This document shows positions 50,288 through 62,541 of a stretch of 64,000 nucleotides of DNA, piece by piece. Position 1 is the stretch's first letter, and every line of letters begins with the position of its first letter. Origin of the DNA: Fistulifera solaris. Its lineage: Eukaryota. The stretch spans positions 372,001-436,000 of the forward strand of contig AP026147.1 in the NCBI GenBank assembly GCA_030295235.1. Reading direction: 5' to 3'. The notes beneath the pieces were generated by a model. That model searched no databases and had not been told where the DNA came from. It saw only the letters and a list, made by a program, of their open reading frames with translations. Made by a program: the position numbers and the translations under genes.

Positions 50288-50778
50288 AAACATGAAGGTC
50301 AGGACTCCAAGACTTTGTCGTCTGAAATCGCAATTGCGCGAAATTCCAAGGTGAGAGTATAATTAGCTTTGGATCTATTATTGTAGTGAGACTATAATCA
50401 AATGCGAACAAGACAAAAAAAATGCGCTGCAGGCTGCATGTACAAAAGGATGGATGTAGTCTCTCATAACTAAAAATCCAGTCGTGGATTGGTACAACAA
50501 ACTGTTTGAATCATAGTAGAAAGTAGAAACATGAAGGTCAGGACTCGAAGACTTTGCCGTCTGAAAAAATCGCAATTGCGCGAAATTCCAAGGTAAGAGC
50601 ATAATTAGCTTTAGATCTATTATTGTAATGAGACTATAATCAAATGCGAAAAAGACAAAAAATTGCGCTGTAGGCTGCATGTACAAAAGGATGGACGCAG
50701 TCTCTCATAACTAAAATCCAGTCGTGGATTGGTACAACCAACTGTTTGAATCATAGTAAAAACATGAAGGTCAGGACT
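50288..50778. repeat. Tandem duplication, ~235-240 bp unit, ~2.1 copies
   Basis: CATGAAGGTCAGGACT at 50291, 50530 and 50763 with colinear sequence between. Confidence 0.93.
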
Positions 50779-51157
50779 AGATGCGAAAGTTCAGCCGCGT
50801 TAATGCTGCAAAAATGTATTGCAACGTAAAACAAACAATCGTCATGTTTTAAAAATATGACCGATTTCTTATACGGAGCAACAACGGCAAAGGAACCCCC
50901 ATGTTCATGCTAGTATCGAAGCCTATTACTTGTACCTGAGGAAACATAGAAGTTGACTTTTACGCGCGTCTTCGACTACGTCTTACTCAAAATATGGAAC
51001 GTTTTCTTCTTCCAATCATCAAGGCAATGATCCAGATACTGCTACCGTGCTATGGCTGTAGCGGCGCCTGTACATTTTTCACGCGTCGAGGTTGTCGATG
51101 CGGGGAATCCTTGATAATACATTAAGTCCGAGACGGCTTTGACTGGATTAAGACCAT

Positions 51158-52867
51158 TCAATTACGAAACAAAACGTCCGAATTTTCTTCGCGCTCGACA
51201 CCCTCGTATTTCAAATTGAAGCCTTGTCTCCGTCTTCGTCTCATCAAGAAAATGATCCAGCAGGATAGGGCTACCATGAATGCCAGTACAACGAACACAC
51301 CCATCCCAATCCATTTTAAATGGCTTGAGGCAATTCCACCACAACATACACACGAGCGCGCAACACTTTGCTCTAAATCTTGTCGTTGCGTCGAGATGCG
51401 AAATTCCTGACCATACACAAACGTCTTCATCATGGCAAATGCCACAGGAGGCACATCGAGCGGGACCATGTGACCCGCATTCAGCACTTTGAGGTAAAAC
51501 AAGTTCCGATATTGTTTGACGTATCCCGCCAGTTGATTGTCGACCAGAAACGCGTAACGATCGGCCATTTTCCAGGCCTCTTGATGTTCCCACGGCAGGT
51601 TCTCCAACGCCGTTTCGGTACCGACATGATGACACACCATATCCAAGACACCATTGTAAAAAAACATGCGCACATTTTGTTCCAGCAAGCTCTTGATTTC
51701 GGGTATCACACCGTGTCCATCCAAATGTCCGAGTTGGTGCAGCGGCTCTTTTGACATTCCGCAAGGGCAACACAGCGGCGGAAGCCGCTTCCGCCGCGTG
51801 CAGAGCCTCCAATACCGTGTCATTGCGCAAATACGCTTCCAAGGTCAATTTCCCCGGTGGAAAGGTCCGTGGTCCCGTCTTATGTTCGACCCGACGAACA
51901 TCAAACTTGGATACCTTGTATTCGGAATCCTGGCCCATGGATTGATGAACAATGTCGGGTATGAGATTGTCACACACAGGCGACACTTGGGGCAAATGGC
52001 GTTGACATTGTAGTTCTTTTGTCATTTCCGCATGTACTTCGGACAATCCGACTAACCCCATCCCGTACGCGGCTCGTGCACCCGCATACTGATGATACGG
52101 ATCAATCCATCCATTGCCGATGGCGGCACCATGAATCGGTATTTGTAATTTTGAATGTTGGTTTTGTTGTAAAATGTGGGTCAGAAAAAGAGGAATGTAT
52201 CGTCCTGCATAACTTTCGCCCGCAAAGTAGACTTTTCGATGGACGGTATGGTTGGATACGAATTTGTCGCCGTGCAATTGAAAGAAGGATTGCAAAAGGA
52301 ATAGAAATCGGTTTGCAGTTGTTCATCCGTGCTGACGTAAGTATTTTGCTCCGTTTTATAACTAAGACCAGTCCCAATGGGTTGATCGATGTACAACGTG
52401 TAAGCGGGAAGGCGATGCCAACTGTATTTCGATGGCTGGATCTTTTCGTCTTGTATCGTAAAAGGGCCATTTTCAAGAAAGACACCATTCATACTCGAAC
52501 AACCGGGTCCTCCATTCAACCAGATAATCAAGGGAATATCAAAATCGTTAATTGTAGTTGTATCGGGCGCAAACAGCCAGTAAAAGAAAAAGCGCGTCCC
52601 ATCGGACGAAACCGGCAAATGTCCCGCCCAATGAGCCGTGGAAAGTGAAATGTTGGGTAAATTTGATATCCAATGATCATCGGGATGCTTCGGCATCGTC
52701 GCTTGAAAGATAATAGCTCGTCGTCGTCCCGCAATCCGTCGTTGTCGTTGCCAGAAGGAAGAATGACGCGGGCGACGTTTCGTCGGAACGAGACGAATGG
52801 CTCGACTGTGCTTCGCGTTCAGTATTGCGATAAGTAAAGTAACGCCTATACTCCATCTTGTAATCAT
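51158..52867 (-). CDS. Serine carboxypeptidase S10 (Kex1-like) with C-terminal TM helix
   Basis: IWLNGGPGCSSM, DQPIGTGLS, AGESYAGRYIP, NGVLDMVC, NAGHMVP; indels ~52295 and ~51750. Confidence 0.93.
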
Positions 52868-54203
52868 ATCATCGAAAAAGGACCTAATCACAACGGATTG
52901 TTACCGTCTTGGTTTATAAAAATGGTCGACGCAATGATGAAAGCAAATAATGAAAAAATGCTGCGCCGTATCGTTTTTTATTATTTTTCGTCTTTTTGCG
53001 CTCCTCACGTCTTTGTACCGTAAGGCTAAGGTTTATGGACGTGCATCTTTGATTTTATAGTCTCACGGAACTGATTATTGGCACATTCGTTTTCAAATGA
53101 AATGCAGATAATGAAAAACTTATAAAAAATAATGTGAAAATGATACTATGGCTTAATTTTAGCTAGCAGAAGGAATGGAGGTTTATCAGTCATTCGCGAA
53201 AGATCATGATGATTCCTTCATGACTGGATCTCAGTCGTGAAAAAGGTCGCCTACACTGGGGACTATAGTGAAAACAGAGGATGACGATTTTCGAAGGCTT
53301 TTCGGCGTTAACCATCGAGGCGTGCGTTCCAAGTAATGCTATATATAAGCTTGGTTTGAAATGATGATTTTCAACCTATAAGGTATGCTCAATGGATGGA
53401 AGGTGGTGCTATGGACCATTCTAGGATATCCGATTCATGACTAAAAATGCAGTCGGAGGGGCGAGGTTCGATACGGTGGTTGGTCGATCTTGGCGCCCAG
53501 CGCCGTAGATGAGAGTCTTGAGACGATCGGTGGTCCCCGGTCGTGTCTGAATCAGATAGGAGCCCTCTGTTCGCATGTTTCACATGTTTGACCTGGCAGC
53601 GGTTCGGTGTTCGGTGGATTTCATCCATTGTCCATTGGGTCAGTTGTGTTTCTCTAACTCGATTAGAGATTCGGTTCTCTTGTAGGGATAGGACGTAAGC
53701 ATAGTAAATTCTAGCCATTTTTTTAAAAAAGTGCAGTCGGGGCTCGTTGAACCTACACTTGGGTCTATAGTGTATTGTGTTAATTAACTTTTTAACCCAT
53801 CTATCATGATTGGCACCGATTGACTAGTAAATGTCCGATTCCATTCCATGTATGATTGCATTGTCTAATTGCCCATGATGTTTGAAAAGTAATTTATGAC
53901 AAAGAGTGTCGATGCAGCACGCATCTCGTCGTTTTCTCGTCCGCAACCTTCATGTTGTCGTACGACGAGTAATTGTTAAAGTAAAAACCTTCCGTTGGTT
54001 TCTCAATTCTACTTTCGTGCTGATAGCAGTGCACGTGAGGTGCGTCCGATCGCGCACTCGTTCTCAACCGACACGTTTCATTTTTTCCATCCGCCGCAGC
54101 TCGTGCAGCAAAAGGATATCACCTTATCGTTGACAATACTGAATGATTGTTGAATAGATTCTCTCTCTTCTTTCGACACTAAACAACAACAAAACTACTC
54201 AAT

Positions 54204-55947
54204 ATGAATCCCTTTTTAATTGTGAGCATGGCCGTAGGCTTGGGCATTCTCCTCATTGGTGGATTCTACTTCTTGGTCTATTATCAACATCCCGACGATC
54301 GCAATGAAGCGTACATTCCGAAATTCGTCGTTTTGTTTGGTTTTGTCTTGGCGGGTGCGACCGTTCTCATGTTTCCACTCGATGTGGCGAACAATGAAGG
54401 TTATGCGGGTGCGTGTGTTACCGTACATTTCTTCTTTGCGAATAGGGACCCGTATCTGACTCTTCGTTCGATCCATTCATTACATTTTATATCTCTTTTT
54501 CACAGGATGTCAAGGATATGACACCGAATTTTGTGGTGGACTCGATATGGAGCTCTTATGGAGTATAGTGTTTATTCTCATACCGGTTTGGGTGTTTTGT
54601 CTCATTCCGTTCATGACATTTTATTACGAAGCTGATGATGGAATGCTCATGGCCGGGATGGCCTATTCTCCCAATCCGGTCAGACGATCACGTTTGGGAG
54701 AAGCATTGTGTTATCAAATCTTTGTTTTGATGATTGTCGGAGCATTCTTTGTGGGATTGTATTTTACCTTGTCGGACGCAAAGATCCCCGTGCAAGATTA
54801 CACAGCATCCCAAGGCATTGGTTTGATTACGGCCGACAATGCGTTTACGTCTCCCCTCATTGGGGGATGGCAATAGTTCGAGTTTCAAAGTCAACATGTT
54901 AGTTCCCATGCGTCCCAGTGATGAAGCGTGGCTCAGTAATATGGAAGAGACGGGAGAAGAAACCATTGTTTTGCAGGTGGATATTCCGACATTCTTTGCC
55001 AATCTCATGGCTTGGTTGGGTTGGTTCTTATTTGCTCTCTTTGGAGGTATCGGCTTGGCCGCGTTGCCCATAGACTTGATCTTGGCGTACACGAATCGAC
55101 CGCGCGTATTGGATCCGGTCGAATACGCCGAAATTCAACTCAATTTACGAGAACGCGTCAATGAATTGGTCGAAGTCGGAGAAATGCTCAAAATGGAACG
55201 AGATGAACGAGCACAAATGGGTCTAAAGGGAACTTTGTTCAGTTTCGATGCCGAACGTCGCAAAGCTGCCAGAGATGAGCGACAGGCATTGATTGGTTTC
55301 AAGCAAGCGGTCTTTTTGCTCGAAAAAGATACGGAAGATTTCAAAGCCGCCACAGTCAGTCGCGATAGCTACAATCCGTTGATTCCGTACGCGTCACTCT
55401 TTTTGGGCTTGTGCTCCATCGGCATCAGTTTGCTTTGGTTCGCGCACGTCATACTCTACGTCTTCCCGTCACCGCCGTTAATGACCTTCTTGAACGAATA
55501 CTTTGTCTGGTTCGATCAGTGGTTTCCCTTGTTTGGAGTCTTATCGGTCGCTCTCTTCACCCTATACTTGCTGTTATGTGCCGTCAAGGGATGCTTCAAA
55601 TTTGGCATACGCTTCTTTTGTTTCACATTCATCCCATGATTCCGGGCAAGACGTACATGTCCTCCTTTATGTTCAACACGGCCTTGGTACTCTTGTGCGC
55701 ACTGCCCGTCGTGCAATTCAGTCAATTGGCGTTTGCGGATTATGGGGCCTATTCCGAAATCCGACAACTGTTTGGTGTACAAATTCAGAATTTGGAGTTC
55801 TTTTCGTGGTTTTGGGAAAGTTACATCTTCATTTACGCGTTCTTGGGATTAAGTGTAGTGACCGCCCTGTACTTGTTCTGCAAGCCGAAAGATCAGGCCG
55901 CGAGTGGAAAAGAGTTGAAGAAACGACTCGTATCTCGAAGAAGTTGA
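54204..55947 (+). CDS. LMBR1-like membrane protein, copy 2
   Basis: Colinear with 22142-23876; intron 54409-54505; indels ~54865 and ~55620. Confidence 0.9.
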
Positions 55948-56422
55948 AACGGGTAGAGGGGAGATTTGGCAGTCTATGTTGACATTGGGGCGTTCGAATG
56001 GAATACGCAGTTTAATCACATCTTGTAAAAAAGTTATTTTTTCCGAGCTTTCATGTTAAAAACTAGTGATTAGAAGGAGCATGCAGCAATCCATGCCTAG
56101 AAGTCTTTTTCCCGTGTGCTTTTTATAGTCCACGCTTTCGCTAAGTTCTGTTTCTCTTGACGTTAGACTACCTGTCGTCAATGAAGTCTCTGTCAAACAA
56201 TTTCTCTATCTGTGATGACCGTCGCAAATAAATCAAAGTGTATAGAACGCGGAGCGAACGACCCTAGCAGAAGCAAATCCGGAATCCGTCTCACTCATGA
56301 CTGAGAATACGGACAACACTTTGGTGCTATAGTACTCAAAACCCGGGTTATATTATACGCGGCATTTTGCAAAACATTTTATTCTGCGCCATTGATTTTG
56401 AGTGATCTATTATAAAGGAACG

Positions 56423-57505
56423 ATGATGCGTAAGTTGTGGTCATTTTATTCTTCATTCTTGATCACTGCGCGAGCCTTTCCACGGTCTTCTACTACCTCC
56501 TTCTTATCTTTGCTCCGTCAACAACCAAGAACCCGCTTCATGAGCGCGTCCGACATTTCCTCTCCACAACAACTCCGCTTTGTCGACATTGGCGCCAATT
56601 TATTAGACGACCGCTACATCAAAGGCATTTATCGGGGTACATTTCGTCACGAACCCGATTTGGATTTGGTCATCGAACGGTCCATCGCCGCGGGAGTGCA
56701 ACATTTACTGCTCACGGCGGGGACTATCGAAGAAAGTCGGACGGCTGTTCAAGCCGTACGAGAATGGCGGACCCGCTATCCCCAAATCACCATCGGATGT
56801 ACCGTCGGAGTGCATCCGACGCGCTGTCAACAAGTCTTTGTCGACACAGATGTCCCCGCGGAGGACTTGCTACAAGAATTGCTCGAAATTGCACAGGATG
56901 GAATGAAAGATCAGAGCGTCTTGGCCATTGGAGAAATTGGTTTAGATTATGAACGACTGGAGTTTTGTCCCAAAGAAATTCAACAAGAATATTTGATCCA
57001 ACAGCTCCAACACGTCGCGAAACCCACCGGATTGCCTCTCTTTCTCCACAATCGCAAGGTGGGGACGGATTTATATGACATATTACAGCAAAACAAAGAT
57101 TGCTGGACCAAGCACAAAGGCGTGGTTCATTCATTTGACGATACACTCGAATTAGCGGAACTCTTCTTGCCCGACTTTTACATTGGTCTCAATGGATGCA
57201 GTTTACGGACCGAGGAGAGTCTGGCAGTGGTGCAAGCGTTGCCGCTCGATCGGATCCTGCTGGAAACGGATTGTCCGTATTGCGAAGTCCGTGCCGCGCA
57301 TCCTGGGTATGCCTACATTCAAACGCACTTTGAAGCCAAGGCTGAAAAGAAGTTTGAGCGAGGAAAATGCGTCAAGAGCCGACAAGAGCCCTGTCACATT
57401 CTTCAAGTGGCCGAGGTCATTGCGGGAGTGAAGCAACTGCCGTTACTAGAAGTCTCAGAAGCTTGTTTTCAGAACTCGATGGCTTGCTTCTTTTCGAACA
57501 AATAA
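56423..57505 (+). CDS. tatD: TatD-family deoxyribonuclease (TATDN1-like)
   Basis: DIGANL, TVGVHPT, GEIGLDY, LFLHNR, GVVHSF, LLETDCP. Confidence 0.95.
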   Translation: MMRKLWSFYSSFLITARAFPRSSTTSFLSLLRQQPRTRFMSASDISSPQQLRFVDIGANLLDDRYIKGIYRGTFRHEPDLDLVIERSIAAGVQHLLLTAGTIEESRTAVQAVREWRTRYPQITIGCTVGVHPTRCQQVFVDTDVPAEDLLQELLEIAQDGMKDQSVLAIGEIGLDYERLEFCPKEIQQEYLIQQLQHVAKPTGLPLFLHNRKVGTDLYDILQQNKDCWTKHKGVVHSFDDTLELAELFLPDFYIGLNGCSLRTEESLAVVQALPLDRILLETDCPYCEVRAAHPGYAYIQTHFEAKAEKKFERGKCVKSRQEPCHILQVAEVIAGVKQLPLLEVSEACFQNSMACFFSNK

Positions 57506-57724
57506 ATAGGAATCATGATGTTTCGGGCTGGTCTTTAGCACTGGCAAGCAAGATCTATCTCAATGTTATTGTTTCAACTTCGGAAACCTTAGCGGTCAAA
57601 TACCGGTGGGATAGCTGTGAGAACTTTTACAAAACGAAAAAATCGTCCTTTTCGTTTGCAAGATGACGCTCGATGCGAACAGTGAAAGGGTGCATTTTGC
57701 GCTTTGCAGGCCAATAAACAAACG

Positions 57725-58489
57725 ATGAAGGTTTCATTTATCTTGTTATCTCTTTTATCATGGGTCTATAGGACTGCAGACTCGTTTCCGCTTATGGCTA
57801 CGATACTGGTAAAGAAAGGCGGTCTTCTTTCGGCGCAACACAATCACAGTGTCTCTCTGGAGAATCAGCGAACGAGTACGGACTTGACCATCGAATCGGC
57901 AATGGGCGAAGTATCCAAGCCTAAAAAGAAACACTCAATTGTTGTTACTCTTTGGATCCATTTGATCAGCATCTTCCTTCTCGCCAATTACCGCCTCGAA
58001 CACTGCTGGCCTGCCGCTCTGGCCTCCGTTTCCGTTTCTCAACTCAGTTTCGTCCACACCGTGAGTGCGATGCTTTTTTCGGGAAGTATCATTACCACGA
58101 CTGTGCTCGAATGGCTGGTCGTCGCCGGTCGAGATTCGGCCGTGCAACAATTTTGGTTTGACAAAGTCCCTCAGGTGGAACAATTTCTGGTCATTCCGGC
58201 CTTGACCGGCTCCATGGTGTCCGGTGTGGCGCAAGCCTATGCGTATTATGGGAGCCTGCGATCTGCACCTCGTCATGTGAAGAGTAGTATGCACGTGTTG
58301 ACGCTGTTTGGTTTGTGGTGGGGCATCACCGATCGGACCACGCAAGGGATAGCGTATGAAGCGGCGTTCCAACCACCCGGTGTGGCACTCGACATTCCGG
58401 CCGTTTTCCAGCAGCGACGTATCTCCAATATAGTTTCTTGTCTGTTTTTAGTCGTCCTTTATGGGATTATGATACTGAAGCCAAGATAA
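57725..58489 (+). CDS. Integral membrane protein, DUF2269-like
   Basis: N-terminal signal; HTVSAMLFSG..LVIPALTGSMVSG..LYGIMILKP. Confidence 0.55.
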   Translation: MKVSFILLSLLSWVYRTADSFPLMATILVKKGGLLSAQHNHSVSLENQRTSTDLTIESAMGEVSKPKKKHSIVVTLWIHLISIFLLANYRLEHCWPAALASVSVSQLSFVHTVSAMLFSGSIITTTVLEWLVVAGRDSAVQQFWFDKVPQVEQFLVIPALTGSMVSGVAQAYAYYGSLRSAPRHVKSSMHVLTLFGLWWGITDRTTQGIAYEAAFQPPGVALDIPAVFQQRRISNIVSCLFLVVLYGIMILKPR

Positions 58490-58852
58490 ATGTCATCAAC
58501 ACAGACTAAATGCAAAATGGTCATTACTCATTACGATCGAATAACACTCACGAATCACGGATCACGAACTATAAATCATCCTTTCATGGAGTAATTGTAC
58601 TGTGTTCCTATCTAGCATTTGTAAATAAGCCATCGCTAAGCCTTAGTTGTCAAGTCCATCTAAAATTCCCATGACTAATTTTGACGGGTCATGAGTCATG
58701 ACGATTTTTGTATATGGTTCAACTTGTTCGATCTTTTTCGCGACGTTTTTGCGTTTTTTCGCGTCCGCCCTCGAGATTGTCGATGAAGTGTGATATACTT
58801 GTAATTGCTTATATATTACCTCGTGTAAACACACTCATCATCAATTACAACA

Positions 58853-59680
58853 ATGTTTTCGGTTGCCTCGAGAAAACTAGCCGCCGCCGCGTTTACACGC
58901 TCTCGAACAACAGTCCGGCGATTGGCAGAAAAAGTCGAACCCTTACAAAAAGAAGTAGCCAAAGAAGCAGCGACGAAAAAGTCCTGGTGGAGTTCTCCCG
59001 AATGGTGGGGTGTAGCCGGTGGAATTGCGGGATGGGGTATTTCTGGATCGGCTATTTGGGATGCGTATCATCAGGGTCCTGAAGTCATTTCCTTGACCAT
59101 GACCCCGGTCTTGATTGTCTACAGTACTCTCTTTGCCGTATGGAGTTACACGATCGTCCCCAAGAACTTTCTTCTCATGAGTTGCCATCTCGCCAATATT
59201 GGTGCACAAGTCAATCAATTACGGCGCTCGATTGAGTACAAACTCGAAAATGGCGAACAAGATCAAGTCAACGACATGGCCCAAAAAGCCGCCGTCGGCG
59301 GTGCCGTCTTGGCCGGAGCCGTTCTGGGTGCCCCCATGATCCGTAAAAGCTTATTGGATATGAATGCCGGTATTGTGTCTTCCGTCGCCGCGGCACCGGC
59401 GGGTCCCTTCACCGTCCACTTTTGGGCTCCCATGTCCAAATGGCTTATCTCGGGAGCCAGTTTCCTGGAATTGGACCGACCGACGGAAAAAATCAGTCTG
59501 GCACAGTATTCGGCACTGACCGTCACCGGACTCTTCTTTTCACGGTATTCGTTGTTGATTGTTCCCATTAACTACAATTTGAGCGCCGTCAATGTTGCGC
59601 TCTTTGTCAGTTCGGCCTGGCATTTGGGTCGCAAGATTAAAGCGGATTTTATCGATGGTGGAGCTAAGAAAGAAGACTAG
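58853..59680 (+). CDS. Mitochondrial pyruvate carrier, two-domain (MPC1-like + MPC2-like)
   Basis: PEVISLTMT..VPKNFLLMSCHLAN, then PAGPFTVHFWAPMSKW..RPTEKIS..PINYNLSAVN; mitochondrial-type presequence. Confidence 0.92.
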   Translation: MFSVASRKLAAAAFTRSRTTVRRLAEKVEPLQKEVAKEAATKKSWWSSPEWWGVAGGIAGWGISGSAIWDAYHQGPEVISLTMTPVLIVYSTLFAVWSYTIVPKNFLLMSCHLANIGAQVNQLRRSIEYKLENGEQDQVNDMAQKAAVGGAVLAGAVLGAPMIRKSLLDMNAGIVSSVAAAPAGPFTVHFWAPMSKWLISGASFLELDRPTEKISLAQYSALTVTGLFFSRYSLLIVPINYNLSAVNVALFVSSAWHLGRKIKADFIDGGAKKED

Positions 59681-59790
59681 TTTGCTGTAAGCCACTTGTA
59701 ATCTTATCTTATTCTCTACTAGGATCTTTTGTATTTGCATTCATGTTAAAAAAAAAGCGTCTATTATCATTGATATAAATGTATGGCACT

Positions 59791-60090
59791 CTCCAGATAT
59801 TCTGGAATATGTGTTTTGGGCCACACCAAGGATATTGCCGTTTCCAGAATTTCTGGAATCGCTGTTTTTTTATTAATTAAAAATCATACAGAAATCTTGT
59901 GTACGGTCCAGAAAATCTGGAATCATCATCTTTTAGTCCAACTGAAGATAATAATCTGCGGACGTTCGAGCAATTCTGGAATTGCAATTCAAAGTCATAC
60001 AGAGTAAAAGGTAGTGCGCACGTTCCAGAAGTTCTGACAGAGTGTTTTCTGTCATGCAGCGATTTCGTGCGTGTTCCAGAATTTCTGGAA
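59791..60090. repeat. Degenerate cluster of TCCAGAA(A/T)TTCTGGA-family palindromes
   Basis: Copies at ~59792, 59842, 59906, 60023 and 60074. Confidence 0.75.
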
Positions 60091-60109
60091 GAACTGGTTT
60101 GGAGGTGTC

Positions 60110-60811
60110 GATTCTCGGATTTTCGACGTGAAAATAAAAGAAACTCTTAACAAGTAGTTCAGAATCATCATTGTTGCGGCTTTATAGACCCCTAATTAAA
60201 ATTATAATTGCAGTTGAATGACAATGGACGGATGCGAGAGACGCAGAACGGAACCCTTTGTTGTTCGGTTCATGACTCATGACTACAGTACATTCCAATC
60301 TTGGCTGGCGTAAACAAACACTCCGTTTAATAGTAAAAATTCATAAGTCTCGATCCTCGGATTTTCGACGTGAAAATAAAAGAAACTCTTAACAAGTAGT
60401 TCAGAATCATCATTGTTGCGACTTTTTGACCCCTAATAAAAATTATAATTGCAGTTGAATGACAATGGACGGATGCGAGAGACGCAGAACGGAACCCTTT
60501 GTTGTTCGGTTCATGACTCATGACTACAGTACATTCCAATCTTGGCTGGCGTAAACAAACACTCCGTTTAATAGTAAAAATTCATAAGTCTCGATCCTCG
60601 GATTTTCGACGTGAAATTAAAGAAGCTTTTAACAAGTAGTTCAGAATCATCATTGTTGCGGCTTTTTTGACCCCTAATAAAAATTATAATTGCAGTTGAA
60701 TGACAATGGACGGATGCGAGAGACGCAGAACGGAACCCTTTGTTGTTCGGTTCATGACTCATGACTACAGTACAATCCAGTCTTGGCTGGCGTAAACCAA
60801 CACACCGTTTT
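60110..60811. repeat. Tandem repeat, ~241 bp unit, ~2.9 copies
   Basis: CTCGGATTTTCGACGTG at 60114, 60356 and 60597. Confidence 0.97.
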
Positions 60812-61106
60812 ATAATACAGAGTAGTGAAATTTCACGGTTTCATTCACGAAAAAAACTCTCTTGTGTAAAGTTTCAAAAAAAAAAACTATAGTCCCTTAC
60901 TATGCTTACTCCGACATCAAAGACGTTTTATATTTACATAAAACAATAATGACAACACGCTCGTGGTGTCAAAAGCGACGCGTCTTCGCCGAACGCAAGT
61001 AGACAAAATAATAATAAGACACCATAAGATTCACATTCCATTCGACGACCCGATGGAGAAGGTGCAGAAGCATCACAAGTATAACAACAACACTTTATAA
61101 CTAAAG

Positions 61107-62183
61107 ATGAAGATAAGAAATTTGGCAATCACGCTACTGGCGTGTTGCGGACTTCCTCCGCAACGTCGATGGATTATCGATATTTTGTCGCCGGAGGAAC
61201 CTGCGCCGCCATATCGCACGGAATAACTACACCCATTGATGTCATCAAGACGAAAATACAGGCGAATCCACAAAAATTCAACAAGGGAATGAAAGAAGCT
61301 ACGTTAACGATTTTGAAAGAAGATGGACCGGATGCTCTGTTGGGCGGGTTGGGGCCGACTGTCGTCGGTTATGGCATTGAAGGTACGTGACGCAAGAAAA
61401 AGAGAGAGAGAATGCTGCAATCGGTGTTCTTTCATCCAAACCATCACAACACTTATGATTCTTCTCTTGGCCTTCGATAGGCGCCATGAAATTTGGAGTG
61501 TACGAAATTTGCAAACCACTCTTCGCGGCCATCTTTGGCGAACACAACAAACCCATGGCCTATCTCATGGCGTCCGTCGCGGCGGGCGCCGTTGCCGCCT
61601 TGTTACTCTGTCCGATGGAATATACCCGCATTCGCATGGTCACGGATCCCGAGTACGCCGATCAGGGCCTAATCACGGGCTTTCCCAAACTGGTGAAAGA
61701 GGAAGGTCTCCGCCAAACATTCTCGGGACTCTGGGCCATGTTGGCCAAGCAAGTGCCGTATACCTTTGGGAAGCAGGTATCATTTGATGTGTTTGCGGGA
61801 ATTTTGTACGCATTTCTCAGTGGAATGGAGGAAGCCAAATTAAAGTGGTTTGTAAGCGTGACCGCCGCGTTCCTGGCATCGCTCGTGGCGTGCATTTTCT
61901 CGCAACCGGGAGATATGATTCTGACCGAAACGTACCGACCACAAGAAAAGAAAGGAACGACGAACAGTAAAAGGCTACGAAGAAGTCATCCTCGTCATCA
62001 CCTTCCGAGGACCGAGCCATTCGTGCCGTGGTGCAAAAAATTTATCAACGAGGAGGATTGAATGCCTTTTTCACGGGTACCCAAGCTAGAATTGTGCATG
62101 TTGGAATGATTATTACATCCCAATTGGTCATTTACGACATGGTGAAGCAAATGCTGGGCCTACCTGCCACCGGATCGCATTAA
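61107..62183 (+). CDS. Mitochondrial carrier family phosphate carrier (PiC/Mir1-like)
   Basis: HGITTPIDVIKTKIQ, GYGIEG|AMKFGVYE, CPMEYTRIR, KQVPYT, SQPGD; intron 61383-61480; indels ~61153 and ~62038. Confidence 0.9.
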
Positions 62184-62541
62184 TTGCAAGTTAACTTATT
62201 GCAGCTAGTAGATTCTGCCGAGAACGAATCATCGTCCAAGCTTTCTTATTCCGTGTCAAAAGCGTGACTGATATACAGTCGTGGTTAAGGGAAACTAACA
62301 CTTTAGTACTATAGTAGTTCGACTTTGTCGCAGAGGTGCGTTACTCCGCGTTTCAAAATGTCTCCGTATCCTTTTTTACGTAAAAAGTGCCGTAGCCGTA
62401 TCCATTCGATAGACACACACACACGCGAACGCCGCGAAAGCAAAAAAGAGCAACGGAAGCAAATTCCAATGAAGCCTTGTGGTAGTTGAAGTTGCTGAAG
62501 ACTCGAAACAAAGAACAACAACTGAAACAAACAAAAACATC

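Noticed and set aside
52900..54200. Long intergenic region with short ORFs
   Set aside because: No recognisable protein motif, RNA gene or repeat structure
60327..60762. Duplicated short minus-strand ORFs
   Set aside because: They lie within the 241-bp tandem repeat, and their frames differ between copies
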